From positions 186,001 to 250,000 of IMG/VR virus record IMGVR_UViG_3300017917_001123: DNA of 64,000 nucleotides. One strand, written 5' to 3'. Position numbers and translations under genes: made by a program. Shown here in pieces: positions 9,085 to 19,450 of this stretch (position 1 is the first letter of the stretch; the number at the start of each line of letters is the position of its first letter). The notes under the pieces were generated by a model. That model worked only from the letters and a program-made list of their open reading frames with translations. It did no database searches and was not told the origin of the DNA.

Positions 9085-11292
9085 ATGAACGCCTTAGAAC
9101 TTATTGCCCAAGATTTATTTGACAAAGTACGCAGTCGCTTCTCTAACCTACAAATGGGCGGAGAAAGTGGGTCTGTAACTGTACAGCCTACAGAAGCACG
9201 TTTCTTTGATTTTGACTTTGTTGTAGAGGGCAACAACTTAGGCCGTGTTAGCATCAGCATTAACGATGTTGGCACATTAAAAGTATATTACAGCCAGGGC
9301 ATTGTTGAAGATCGTGATTCGATTACACAAGGCTTTTGGTTTGATTTTTTAAGAGAAATGCGTCAGTTTGCTAAACGCAGAATGTTACGATTTGATACTC
9401 GCGACATTACAAAAGGCAATCTAGACAAAAACGATTTTGCTTATCTAGCACAGCAAGGAGCACAGCAACAGCCTGCTCCAACACAAGTACAACAACCAGT
9501 CGCACAGGAATCTAACATGACCGAATCTTCAATGTACGGTAGCTCAAAGAGCTCTTACCGCCCACTAGACAAAACTCTTTTAATTGTTCGCCACAATCAC
9601 AAAGTCGGCGAAGACAGAGGAGCTCGTAGCCGTAGCAACAACATCCAGTCAATTTTCATTCAAAATGAAGCAGGCGAGCGTTTTAAATATCCGTTTGTAC
9701 ACATGGCTGGTGCTAAGGCAATGCAACGTCACGTTGCTAACGGTGGTACACCATTTGACACAGCAGGTTCCGCAATCATTGGAATGAGCGAGCAAATTAA
9801 TCAGCTAGGTAAGTTTAAGCGCCAAGTAGGTAATGTTGAACAACTAACAACAGAAGCACGTGGTATTGTTGATCGTGTTGGTCAGAAGTTATCCAGCCTA
9901 CGTTCAACAATGGAATCTATTGCTAAACAAACACACTATGAAGCATGGCGTGAAAGTTTAGAAGAAGCACACGCAGACCTCAGTGACATTGACGAAGCAA
10001 CAATCGAAGATTACAAGAGCAAGTTTACAGTAAGTTCTTTCAAAGAAGACTTAACACAATATTTCCCATTACTTTATAAAGTAATGCAAGAAACAAGCAC
10101 AGTTGACCTAGACGACTATGTTGGCGAGGCAAAAGATGATGCTTGTGACGACTGCGGCAAAGATCCTTGTGAGTGCGAAGAAGACACTAAAGAAAGCATG
10201 GACGCATTTGAAGCATGGGCAGAAGAAGTAACAGAAGGTCCTTTTGAAGACGCAATGGAAGAGGGTGCTAATAAAGTAGATATTCCTGCTTACAAGCGCA
10301 AAGCTAGCGGCGATAAAGATTGGAAAGTTACACAAAAAGATCTCGACGCTGCCGACGAGAAGAACATTTCTAGTCGTGCTGGTTTACAAAAACTTAAGAG
10401 AGATCTTAAAGTTGAAGGCTATTATATTGGCGCAGAAGATTTGCCAGATTGGACACGCGATGCCCTACACCGTGTTAGCCGCGGCGAAGTTCAAGATTGG
10501 ACTGAACTATATGGCGAGCTAATGAACTTTATTGACGACGAAAGCAAAGCAGAACGTATTGCTAAGTTAACATTTGCCAAAGGCGGCGGCGTTGATTCAA
10601 TGGCACAGCATCGTGTTAAAGCAGAGCCAGAGATGGATGTTCCAAAAGACGACAGTGAAGACGATGACGATTCTTTCTTAAACAAACTACGTGCTCAAGC
10701 ACGTTCTGGTTCTATCAAGCCAGGTCTAGATACAGGTGAAAAAGAATCAATGGAAGAGCCAAAAGGCAATCCATACAAAGAAATCGCCGAAGTAGTACTA
10801 AGTCATTTTGATCGTGAAACTGGAAAATTCCCACTAGGTGAAACTGGTGTTGTTGTTAAGATCAGCAAAGAGTTTGGAGACAGAGCAGGACAATTAGCAG
10901 AAAAGCTAATCCAGCATCTACAGTCAACTCACGAAGCACAAACTCAAATGGAAGCAATTCGTAGACTAAGTGGTTTACCTCCGCTAACAGAAGCAGAAAA
11001 GAAAACAATGAGTCGTGCCGCTAAAGGTAACGAGAAATATGGTAAAGACGGAATGAAGGCATTAGCCAAAGCCGGTCGCGACGGTGCTAGCGAAAAGAAG
11101 TTAGATTCTATTAGAAATAAATTTGACAAATATGATGAATCAACTGGTGACTACTCTGCAAAGAAAGCCGCCGCTGGTAAAGACTTAGGCAAGCCTGGTA
11201 AAAACTTTGCTAAGATTGCAAAGAAGTCCGGTGGCGGAGAGAAAGGCGAGCGTATTGCTGGCGCAGTTCTAGCTAAATTACGTAAAAAATAA
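9085..11292 (+). CDS. Large acidic virion (probably head-internal) protein
   Basis: Start moved to ATG 9085 (TAAATA-N5-ATG). Acidic linkers, IRRLSGL motif, basic C-terminal repeats. Confidence 0.6.
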   Translation: MNALELIAQDLFDKVRSRFSNLQMGGESGSVTVQPTEARFFDFDFVVEGNNLGRVSISINDVGTLKVYYSQGIVEDRDSITQGFWFDFLREMRQFAKRRMLRFDTRDITKGNLDKNDFAYLAQQGAQQQPAPTQVQQPVAQESNMTESSMYGSSKSSYRPLDKTLLIVRHNHKVGEDRGARSRSNNIQSIFIQNEAGERFKYPFVHMAGAKAMQRHVANGGTPFDTAGSAIIGMSEQINQLGKFKRQVGNVEQLTTEARGIVDRVGQKLSSLRSTMESIAKQTHYEAWRESLEEAHADLSDIDEATIEDYKSKFTVSSFKEDLTQYFPLLYKVMQETSTVDLDDYVGEAKDDACDDCGKDPCECEEDTKESMDAFEAWAEEVTEGPFEDAMEEGANKVDIPAYKRKASGDKDWKVTQKDLDAADEKNISSRAGLQKLKRDLKVEGYYIGAEDLPDWTRDALHRVSRGEVQDWTELYGELMNFIDDESKAERIAKLTFAKGGGVDSMAQHRVKAEPEMDVPKDDSEDDDDSFLNKLRAQARSGSIKPGLDTGEKESMEEPKGNPYKEIAEVVLSHFDRETGKFPLGETGVVVKISKEFGDRAGQLAEKLIQHLQSTHEAQTQMEAIRRLSGLPPLTEAEKKTMSRAAKGNEKYGKDGMKALAKAGRDGASEKKLDSIRNKFDKYDESTGDYSAKKAAAGKDLGKPGKNFAKIAKKSGGGEKGERIAGAVLAKLRKK

Positions 11293-11328
11293 TTGGCTCA
11301 TTTAACCACAAAATCAGTCGACTAAAAG

Positions 11329-11357
11329 TTGACAGGATAAATAAAAGCGCATACAAT
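11329..11357 (+). promoter_or_regulatory. Sigma70-type promoter with nested late TAAATA box, upstream of SSB
   Basis: TTGACA 11329-34, 17 bp spacer, TACAAT 11352-57. TAAATA at 11338-43. Confidence 0.75.
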
Positions 11358-11439
11358 AACATGTATGCGTTTTTTCTTTTTAGTCAGTTGGCTTTAAAGA
11401 AATGGCAAATACTAAAGGCATATTATAAGGAGAAACATT

Positions 11440-12450
11440 ATGGCATCTTTAGCAGAAATTCGTGCGAAACTTCAAGAAGCACAAAATCGTCAAGGCGGGC
11501 AATCCGCACAAGCAGGCGACAACGCAATTTACCCCCACTGGAACATCTCAGAGAACTCAGAAGCAGTAGTTCGCTTCCTTCCTGACGGCGATCCAGATAA
11601 CACATTCTTCTGGGTAGAACGTGCTATGATCAAGCTACCTTTCGCAGGTATCAAAGGCGAGACAAATAGCAAACCAGTAACTGTACAAGTTCCCTGTATG
11701 GAAATGTGGGGCGAAACTTGCCCAATTCTAACTGAAGTACGTCCTTGGTTTAAGGATAAGTCTTTGGAAGACATGGGTCGTAAGTACTGGAAGAAGCGTT
11801 CATACCTGTTCCAGGGCTTTGTTGTTGACAGCCCACTGAAGGAAGATAAAACTCCTGAGAATCCAATTCGTCGATTCATCATCGGTAGCCAAATCTTTAA
11901 CATTGTTAAAGCGGCTCTAATGGATCCAGAAATGGAAGATCTGCCAACCGATTACCTACGTGGTGTTGATTTCAAAATCACTAAAACTAGCAAGGGCGGT
12001 TACGCAGACTATTCTACTTCTAAGTATGCTCGCCGTGAGCGCAGTCTTACTGACGAAGAAAAAGCCGCAGTTGAGCAACATGGTTTGTTCAATCTAAAGG
12101 ACTTCCTACCTAAGAAGCCAGGTGAAGTTGAACTTAAGGTTATCAAGGAAATGTTTGAAGCATCTGTTGATGGTGAAGCATTTGACATGGAACGTTGGGG
12201 TCAATACTACAAGCCTAGCGGTATGGGTGGAAGTGGTTCCGCAACAGGATCTACAACAGCACCAAAGGCATCTGCTCCAGCAGATGAAGATGACGCCCCT
12301 TTTGAATCAGCGGCTTCAGCACCCGCGGTAAAAGTTGCTGAAACAGCGCCTGCTCCAAAGGCAGAAGCTCCAGCGGCATCTAGCGGAAACGAAGCAAGCC
12401 AACGTGCTCAAGACATTTTGGCAATGATCCGTAACCGTCAAAAATCTTAA
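11440..12450 (+). CDS. Single-stranded DNA-binding protein (T4 gp32-like)
   Basis: AVVRFLP, CPI, YWKKRSY, GVDFKITKT...YADYSTSK motifs. Acidic/Ala-Pro tail. Confidence 0.92.
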   Translation: MASLAEIRAKLQEAQNRQGGQSAQAGDNAIYPHWNISENSEAVVRFLPDGDPDNTFFWVERAMIKLPFAGIKGETNSKPVTVQVPCMEMWGETCPILTEVRPWFKDKSLEDMGRKYWKKRSYLFQGFVVDSPLKEDKTPENPIRRFIIGSQIFNIVKAALMDPEMEDLPTDYLRGVDFKITKTSKGGYADYSTSKYARRERSLTDEEKAAVEQHGLFNLKDFLPKKPGEVELKVIKEMFEASVDGEAFDMERWGQYYKPSGMGGSGSATGSTTAPKASAPADEDDAPFESAASAPAVKVAETAPAPKAEAPAASSGNEASQRAQDILAMIRNRQKS

Positions 12451-12465
12451 TTTGGGAGATAGACT

Positions 12466-13530
12466 ATGGGAAAAGCCTTCGATATTTCGAAGTTCCGTAA
12501 GTCTATCACCAAGTCTATTGACGGACTTGGTATAGGCTTCAATGATCCAACTGATTGGATCAGTACAGGGAACTATGCGTTAAATTACCTAATCAGCGGC
12601 GACTTCTTTAAAGGAGTACCACTGGGTAAGGTTACTGTGTTTGCTGGTGAATCCGGCGCAGGTAAGTCATACATCTGCTCTGGTAACATTATCAGACACG
12701 CACAAGAACAAGGCATTTATGTTGTTCTAGTTGATAGCGAAAACGCTCTTGACGAAGAATGGCTAAAGGCTTTGGGTGTAGATACAAGTGAAGATAAGTT
12801 GCTGAAACTTAACATGGCAATGATTGACGACGTTGCTAAGACTATCAGCGAATTCATGAAGGAATACAAGTCAATGCCGGACGAAGATCGTCCAAAGGTA
12901 TTGTTTGTTATCGATTCGCTAGGTATGTTGCTTACTCCGACTGACGTTAATCAGTTTGAAGCAGGCGAAATGAAGGGTGACTTAGGTCGCAAGCCTAAAG
13001 CACTGACAGCACTTGTTCGTAACTGTGTAAACACTTTTGGATCGTATAACGTTGGTCTAGTTTGTACTAACCACACATACGCATCACAAGATATGTTTGA
13101 TCCAGATGACAAGATCAGCGGTGGTCAAGGATTTATCTACGCAAGCTCGATCGTTGTTGCTATGAAAAAGCTCAAACTCAAAGAGGATGAGGACGGCAAC
13201 AAAGTATCCGATGTTTTGGGTATCCGTTCAGCATGTAAGGTTATGAAGACTCGCTATGCGAAGCCCTTCGAATCTGTTCAAGTTAAAATTCCATACTCAA
13301 CTGGTATGAGTCCTACATCCGGACTTGTTGACATGTTCGAGAAAATGGGTGTATTATCTAAAGTAGGTAACAAACTTGCCTACACTGATAAAGAATCAGG
13401 TGAGATTATGGCCGAGTTCCGCAAAAACTGGACCGAAGATAAGCTCATGCTAATTATGAAGCAATGGGACGAAAAAGCAGTAACAGCTAGCCCACAACTT
13501 GAAGAGGACGAAGAGGCATCAAATGGATGA
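12466..13530 (+). CDS. uvsX: RecA-like recombinase UvsX
   Basis: Walker A GESGAGKS, VDSENA, VIDSLG, TNHTY, SGG.G motifs. Confidence 0.95.
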   Translation: MGKAFDISKFRKSITKSIDGLGIGFNDPTDWISTGNYALNYLISGDFFKGVPLGKVTVFAGESGAGKSYICSGNIIRHAQEQGIYVVLVDSENALDEEWLKALGVDTSEDKLLKLNMAMIDDVAKTISEFMKEYKSMPDEDRPKVLFVIDSLGMLLTPTDVNQFEAGEMKGDLGRKPKALTALVRNCVNTFGSYNVGLVCTNHTYASQDMFDPDDKISGGQGFIYASSIVVAMKKLKLKEDEDGNKVSDVLGIRSACKVMKTRYAKPFESVQVKIPYSTGMSPTSGLVDMFEKMGVLSKVGNKLAYTDKESGEIMAEFRKNWTEDKLMLIMKQWDEKAVTASPQLEEDEEASNG

Positions 13531-13771
13531 AAATCTAATCATGACAATTTGGGATCTATTCCGTGAATACATCCCTGAAAAGAATCGCGAAATGGCCGCA
13601 AACCAGTACGTCGATTTCCTAGCGAACGAGTTTGACCCGGAAGTACTAGCAGGGTTCATGGGGTATGATGCCCAATTGGATGATGCTATCAAGTTAGTCA
13701 TTCAAGAAGAAGGTCTAGAAGAAGAGACCTACGACGAAGATGACTACGGATACGATGACGAGGACTATTAA
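13523..13771 (+). CDS. Small acidic hypothetical protein
   Basis: ATG overlaps the uvsX stop. D/E/Y-rich tail. Confidence 0.7.
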   Translation: MDENLIMTIWDLFREYIPEKNREMAANQYVDFLANEFDPEVLAGFMGYDAQLDDAIKLVIQEEGLEEETYDEDDYGYDDEDY

Positions 13772-14226
13772 TGAGCTGGTACAGTAAAGTTAGTCGAGAT
13801 ATCGCCAACTTACCAGACTGTATTGATTATTACTATACTCAACTGGAGGAGGCAAGGAAGGAAGTAAAGGTTTACGGTAACCTTGAAAAGGCTTCTGCGG
13901 CTCTTCCGGGCATTGTAGAACAGCGTTTCAACCAGCTTCAAGAAATTGAAGCTGTGTTGGAATACTTGAACATCGAGCTACGTCGAACACGTAGCAAAGT
14001 TTTTAGAAAATACTTAGAGAATTATCAGCGAGCACTGAGTAGTAGAGATTGCGAAAAGTTTGCTGAAGGTGAGGCCGACGTAGTCGATCTAGAAAAAATT
14101 GTTAACGAGTTTGCCTTGTTACGCAATCAATGGCTAGGGATTATTAAAGGTCTTGATATTAAACAATGGCAGATTTCTAACATTATCAAACTTAGAACTG
14201 CTGGAATGGAAGATGTGCAGGTCTAA
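13771..14226 (+). CDS. uvsY: Recombination mediator UvsY-like
   Basis: 151 aa coiled-coil protein ending KQWQISNIIKLRTAG, located between uvsX and uvsW. Confidence 0.8.
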   Translation: MSWYSKVSRDIANLPDCIDYYYTQLEEARKEVKVYGNLEKASAALPGIVEQRFNQLQEIEAVLEYLNIELRRTRSKVFRKYLENYQRALSSRDCEKFAEGEADVVDLEKIVNEFALLRNQWLGIIKGLDIKQWQISNIIKLRTAGMEDVQV

Positions 14227-14228
14227 TC

Positions 14229-15458
14229 ATGTACGTAGAAGACTTAGTCGAACGACTTGTTGGTTATGGCAAGTACCTATTCGAACCTAATATCATTCAA
14301 GGTAACGGGTGGGAATATAACTTTGCTACATCCGTTGCTAATCAGCTATCAAACGGAAACTCACTAACCGAAAAACAAGCCACAATGGCTGTTAAGATTC
14401 TCAAGAAGTACAAACGAGAACTTGAAGCATATTTTAACAAACCAATTGACTTAGACAATCCTGTCTTTAGGAATCCGTTTAGACAACTTACAGAAGAAAA
14501 GTCAATTAGGATTGAAGAAGTCAATGGCGAAAAGCAAATCCTTGTTAGATTTTCCTACAATCAAGATATTGTTAAGCAGTTTCAAGATTATGTTAACAGT
14601 TCAGAGTGGAAGAGCTTCCGGTGGGGAAGTGTCCTAAAACAAGAAGTAGGTGCGTGGAATCACGACCTTCGAGCATGGACGTTTAAGCTCAAAGAAGACA
14701 ACATTTTCTGGTTACACAATAACTTACTCGATAAGGGCTTTATTGAAGACGAGCAATTTAAGCAGTATGTTGAAGAGATAACAAGTGTTATCGAAAAAAT
14801 GTATGACTATGCTCCTTGTGTGGTAAAAGAAGACGGAGTCTACAAATATAAAAACGTTTCTCATAAAATTCCGGACATTAATTCTGACAATGTCTTAGAA
14901 GTTTTGTTTAAGGCTAAGAGCGCAGGAGTAACAGCGTGGAGTGAGGAGGTTGATAGAGATTTAAGAGCAAATTCTTGCTCTTCGGTTACTATGGCCGTAT
15001 TAAATTCATCTAAAGCACTATACGTTGATAATTCTGCTTATACTACAGCTGAATTTAAGGATATCATTAAGCACGGTGGTCCAGTCCTTATAATCATTCC
15101 CGGCGGAAGTGAGACTCAATATACAATGGCTTGGCATAAACTAGCACAAGACTGGGGCATTCCTAGTTCAGAAATGAGTGTGATGTTTAGAATGCCAAAC
15201 GAAAGTCACGGCACCTTTAACAAATACGTTCGTGATAACTTGCTGAACAATGAAATTACTGAAAATACCAAAATTGTATTTGTTAGCACAAAGTTACCGA
15301 AGCCTCTGATCAAATCCGGTATTAGATTCAATTCAGTAATAAATCTAGGTTACTATAGAGATCTACATTTTTCCATGTCTGTGGTCTTGAATTCAACCAC
15401 CAATGTGTGTTATTATAACAACAAGCAACCATATGGGGTAACTGTTGTCAACAGCTAA
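14229..15458 (+). CDS. Hypothetical protein in recombination module
   Basis: 409 aa ORF translationally coupled to uvsW. Confidence 0.7.
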   Translation: MYVEDLVERLVGYGKYLFEPNIIQGNGWEYNFATSVANQLSNGNSLTEKQATMAVKILKKYKRELEAYFNKPIDLDNPVFRNPFRQLTEEKSIRIEEVNGEKQILVRFSYNQDIVKQFQDYVNSSEWKSFRWGSVLKQEVGAWNHDLRAWTFKLKEDNIFWLHNNLLDKGFIEDEQFKQYVEEITSVIEKMYDYAPCVVKEDGVYKYKNVSHKIPDINSDNVLEVLFKAKSAGVTAWSEEVDRDLRANSCSSVTMAVLNSSKALYVDNSAYTTAEFKDIIKHGGPVLIIIPGGSETQYTMAWHKLAQDWGIPSSEMSVMFRMPNESHGTFNKYVRDNLLNNEITENTKIVFVSTKLPKPLIKSGIRFNSVINLGYYRDLHFSMSVVLNSTTNVCYYNNKQPYGVTVVNS

Positions 15459-16896
15459 ATTAATCATTAAAGACGAGATCAATGTTAAGTTCGAAGGACT
15501 TGATTTAGATACTCGTAAAGAACTTACAAAGAAATTTAAATTCTTTGATCCAGCCGCACGATATATGCCTGCGTTTAAACTAGGGCGTTGGGACGGCTGT
15601 ACTCCATTTTTTGGTCTAGGCGGTACAACCTACGTCAGTATGCTAGACAGAGTCCTTCCACTGTTAACTCAATGGGGTTATCATATTGAAGTAGAAGATT
15701 TACGTAAACATAATCAATTACAGTTTGAAAAAGTAACAGAAGAATACTGGGGAGAAAAGTGTTGGCCCGAAGGACATAGATTTGAAGGCGAACCAATCCG
15801 ATTACGTGACGACCAAGTTGAAGTTGTAAACAAGTTTTTAGAAAATCCACAATGCCTACAAGAAGTTGCTACAGGCGCAGGTAAGACAATTATGACTGCG
15901 ACTCTAGCAAAGATTTGTGAGAAGTATGGCCGAACAATGGTTATTGTTCCGAACAAAGATCTTGTTATTCAAACCGAAGAAGATTTTCGGAACGTGGGAT
16001 TAGACGTCGGCGTTTACTTTGGCGATCGCAAAGAACTAGGAAAAACACATACAATTTGTACGTGGCAAAGTCTAAACATCTTAGATAAAAAATCGCACGA
16101 CAATAGTGAGGTTCTAACACTAGCAGAATTCATTGACGGCGTTAACGCAATTATTGTTGACGAAGTACATATGGCTAAAGCCGAAGTTCTTAAAAAATTG
16201 TTAACTGTTAACTTTGCCAATGCTCCTATTCGTTGGGGTCTAACAGGAACAGTCCCTAAAGATGATCTTAGTTTTGAAAGCATTAAGTGTGCTTTAGGTG
16301 ATGTCGTACACCGTGTGAGTGCGTACGATCTACAGCAAAAGGGTGTGCTGAGTGAATGTCACGTGAACATAGTTCAAACGCAAGAATGGAAAGAGTTCGA
16401 AAGCTATCCAGCTGAACTTAAATTCCTTGTTAGTGACGAAGATAGAATGAGCTGGGTAGCAAAATTAGTCAACGGCATTAAGGATTCGGGAAATACGTTA
16501 GTTTTAGTAGACAGAATCGACACTGGAAACTTCTTAATTAATGAGCTTCCTGATGCTGTGTTTATTAGTGGTAAAATTAAATCAACAACCCGAAAGGAAC
16601 AGTATCGTGAAGTGGCAACCGCAGATGACAAGATTATTGTGGCGACTTACGGTGTGGCCGCTGTGGGTATTAATATTCCAAGGATTTTTAATTTGGTTCT
16701 TATTGAGCCCGGAAAGAGCTTTGTCCGCGTTATACAAAGCATTGGACGAGGCATTCGAAAAGCAGAAGATAAAGACTTCGTCCAAATCTGGGATATCACA
16801 GCCAACACCAAGTACGCCAAGAGGCACCTCACTGAACGGAAGAGGTACTATAAAGAAGCAAGGTATCCGTTCACTATTGAGAAGGTAAAATATTAA
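15445..16896 (+). CDS. uvsW: SF2 helicase UvsW
   Basis: ATGAGKT, DEVH, GLTGT, QSIGRGIR motifs. Confidence 0.93.
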   Translation: MSTAKLIIKDEINVKFEGLDLDTRKELTKKFKFFDPAARYMPAFKLGRWDGCTPFFGLGGTTYVSMLDRVLPLLTQWGYHIEVEDLRKHNQLQFEKVTEEYWGEKCWPEGHRFEGEPIRLRDDQVEVVNKFLENPQCLQEVATGAGKTIMTATLAKICEKYGRTMVIVPNKDLVIQTEEDFRNVGLDVGVYFGDRKELGKTHTICTWQSLNILDKKSHDNSEVLTLAEFIDGVNAIIVDEVHMAKAEVLKKLLTVNFANAPIRWGLTGTVPKDDLSFESIKCALGDVVHRVSAYDLQQKGVLSECHVNIVQTQEWKEFESYPAELKFLVSDEDRMSWVAKLVNGIKDSGNTLVLVDRIDTGNFLINELPDAVFISGKIKSTTRKEQYREVATADDKIIVATYGVAAVGINIPRIFNLVLIEPGKSFVRVIQSIGRGIRKAEDKDFVQIWDITANTKYAKRHLTERKRYYKEARYPFTIEKVKY

Positions 16897-17399
16897 TGCA
16901 AATACTAACATTAGAAAACAAAACTTTTTATCTAAATGATCTTCCTGAAGAGATAGATGAGGATTTTCGTTACAGCGTTTTAGATAACAGCGATAACCAA
17001 AATCCCGATTACTTTTTTCTTCCTTTGATTTTTCTAGAAAGTTTTACTGGTCCTGCGGCAGTTTTGCGTGTCGGTCCTCACGAAGTTACAATGCCACTTG
17101 ATTGGTGTACTATTGTTGGAGATCCTACAGGGCCTGATATGGAAGTATTACCTCTTACTAGTTTAAATGATAGAGGATTTAAAACTTTCTGCTTCAATCC
17201 GTTAAGTAGCTTCCGCCCGGAGTTTCATGAGATTGATATTATTAATGTCTACCCAGATGTTAAATGGTACTTCCCTAAAATGAAACCAGGTCAGCTTCTA
17301 ACTACTCCGCTTCATCCTGGCGAGAAACCACTATGTGCTTATTTTGTTAAAGAAGTTAGTCGCCAAAGTGAGATTGTGAACTACTCAGCTTGTTGGTAA
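16896..17399 (+). CDS. Hypothetical beta-rich protein
   Basis: 167 aa ORF coupled to uvsW (TAATG). Confidence 0.7.
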   Translation: MQILTLENKTFYLNDLPEEIDEDFRYSVLDNSDNQNPDYFFLPLIFLESFTGPAAVLRVGPHEVTMPLDWCTIVGDPTGPDMEVLPLTSLNDRGFKTFCFNPLSSFRPEFHEIDIINVYPDVKWYFPKMKPGQLLTTPLHPGEKPLCAYFVKEVSRQSEIVNYSACW

Positions 17400-17400
17400 A

Positions 17401-17643
17401 ATGGGAAACTTAAAGCCAGGTGCTACTTACATATATGAAAGAGCTAATGGTGTGACCTATGCCCGCGAAGTTGGCCAGACTGATAGGATAGTAATTGGTT
17501 ATGACGCAGACGCTATAGTAAATCCTTACAATTCTCTTTGGAAAGATGTACTTGAAGCGTCTAAACATAACCCTGATTTACACAGAGCACTAGAACGTGT
17601 TATAATATTGTATCATCTAACTAAGGACAAAAATGGCTCTTGA
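17401..17643 (+). CDS. Hypothetical protein
   Basis: 80 aa ORF in operon. Confidence 0.65.
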   Translation: MGNLKPGATYIYERANGVTYAREVGQTDRIVIGYDADAIVNPYNSLWKDVLEASKHNPDLHRALERVIILYHLTKDKNGS

Positions 17644-18088
17644 TATTAAACGTGAATTAAATGCTGTAGACAGAAAAGTCTACGACTTTTACGACAATCT
17701 TACGGATCAAGAAAAGAAAGAGTTTAGTCCTTATATATTGATGCGCTATGTCTCAAACGTACAAGGTGATAGAGATATTCAAGAGTGGTTTGTTGAAATG
17801 ACCAATGAACTTGTGAATAAACATCACTGGGTACTGAGTAAAAATCACAAAGCACTTCTATGGAAATTGTTTGCCGGAACTGGCGCAGGCGTTAATTGCT
17901 ATCATCCGTATCTTAAAGCAGGCACTAAAGAAAAAGCAAACAAGATCGAAAAGTTGTTGGTTGAAATTTACCCAGCAATGAAACTTAGCGAAATTAAAAT
18001 GCTAGCATCTATGATGACTAAAGCAGATAAAGAAGAGCTCTTTGATAAAATGGGCTTTGATAAGAAGCAAAGAAAAGACTATGAGTAA
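17633..18088 (+). CDS. Clamp loader small subunit (T4 gp62-like)
   Basis: FSPYILMRYVS...N pattern and size match gp62-like proteins. Replication context. Confidence 0.6.
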   Translation: MALDIKRELNAVDRKVYDFYDNLTDQEKKEFSPYILMRYVSNVQGDRDIQEWFVEMTNELVNKHHWVLSKNHKALLWKLFAGTGAGVNCYHPYLKAGTKEKANKIEKLLVEIYPAMKLSEIKMLASMMTKADKEELFDKMGFDKKQRKDYE

Positions 18089-18755
18089 CTATTGTCTAAC
18101 TCCGATGACTGTAACTGAGATTAACAGTCTTTTGGGTAAAAATTTTGCTAAGACATTTCAGAAAGAAATGGATCTTATTATCGATCCCTTACGCAAATAT
18201 ATTGCTAAAGGTTATCCGCTTGCTTTAGGAAAAGAGCAATGGGAATATGTTGTAGCAGAAAGTATTCCTAAGGGAAAATGGTGCGGTGCTGGTAAGAGTA
18301 TTATTGACGTTCGTGTTGATGACAAAGGCATGGACGTAAAAGGCGTCAGTAAACAAAACAAGTCTTCGGCATCAACTGAAGCAAGTATGTATCAAACTTT
18401 TCAAGATGAAGCAAAGGCATTTTTTAATGCTAAAGATCCAGAAAAGATTTGGAATCTGTTTGTAAATGGTTGGCTAGAAAAAGTTAAGTCAGTTAAAGAA
18501 TACTACTTGATTGGTATTGTTCGTCAAAAAGAAACATTAGATTGCTCGCTGTGTGCTTTTAAAGTAACAAACACTAGTCTGCCATTTGATACAGAAAATT
18601 GTAAGTTTTCCAGCAAATCTATGAAGGTTTTGGGACTAGCAGATCCTGCTCTTTTAGAAACAAGAGTGTATATTAGTAAGACTAGACTCGAACTAAAACT
18701 TAAAAAGAAAATTTGGAACGATCCGTTGTACTCACTACCGATATATAAATTTTAA
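18081..18755 (+). CDS. Putative PD-(D/E)xK restriction-endonuclease-like protein
   Basis: E...IIDV-x6-MDVKG motif. Basic, 224 aa. Confidence 0.4.
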   Translation: MSNYCLTPMTVTEINSLLGKNFAKTFQKEMDLIIDPLRKYIAKGYPLALGKEQWEYVVAESIPKGKWCGAGKSIIDVRVDDKGMDVKGVSKQNKSSASTEASMYQTFQDEAKAFFNAKDPEKIWNLFVNGWLEKVKSVKEYYLIGIVRQKETLDCSLCAFKVTNTSLPFDTENCKFSSKSMKVLGLADPALLETRVYISKTRLELKLKKKIWNDPLYSLPIYKF

Positions 18756-18757
18756 TA

Positions 18758-19450
18758 ATGGAATTAGCAGAACAACCTTTCAAATGTGTACATTGCGGTA
18801 AGCGTTTTATGCAGGAAAAGACGCTAATGGCTCATATGTGCGAGCCGAAACGTCGAGCGATGCAGAAAAACGAAAAGCGAGTCCAGGCTGGCTATATGGC
18901 ATGGAATCGTTGGTACGAACTTAGCCAGAACCAACGTAAACCAAAGAGCTATGAAGATTTTTGTAAGAGTTCTTATTATAACGCATTCGTTAAGTTTGGC
19001 AGTTTTGTTACAAACGTAAATCCGTTGTATCCGGAGAAGTTTATCGACTTTGTTATTCGCAGTGGAGTGAAACTTGACCACTGGTGTAGGGATGAACTTT
19101 ATGAGCAGTACCTATACGAGATGCTAAAGATTGAACCCGTAGAGAACGCAGTACAAAGAACACTTACAACAATGCTCGAATGGGCAGATGCTAACAATGC
19201 CGCATGGACACACTACTTCAGATATGTTAACGCAAACAGATTAGTTCAACATATTAAAGATGGCAAAGTAAGTGCGTGGGTAATTCTTAACTGTTCTACA
19301 GGCAAAGCCGCATTAGAGTCCATGAATGACGAACAGTTAGAAATGATTCAGCCTGCTCTTGATATCCCTCACTGGTTGAGAGAATTTAGAAAGAGACACA
19401 CTGATGTAGACTTTGTAAAAGAAGTCTGTAAGGAAAGTGGAATAGAATGA
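18758..19450 (+). CDS. Zinc-finger-containing hypothetical protein
   Basis: FKCVHCGKRF...LMAHMC, a C2H2/C2HC-like N-terminus. Confidence 0.7.
   Translation: MELAEQPFKCVHCGKRFMQEKTLMAHMCEPKRRAMQKNEKRVQAGYMAWNRWYELSQNQRKPKSYEDFCKSSYYNAFVKFGSFVTNVNPLYPEKFIDFVIRSGVKLDHWCRDELYEQYLYEMLKIEPVENAVQRTLTTMLEWADANNAAWTHYFRYVNANRLVQHIKDGKVSAWVILNCSTGKAALESMNDEQLEMIQPALDIPHWLREFRKRHTDVDFVKEVCKESGIE

Noticed and set aside
16896-17399. Hint/intein-like domain
   Set aside because: Only a vague beta-strand resemblance. It lacks the N-terminal Cys/Ser, TxxH and terminal HN.
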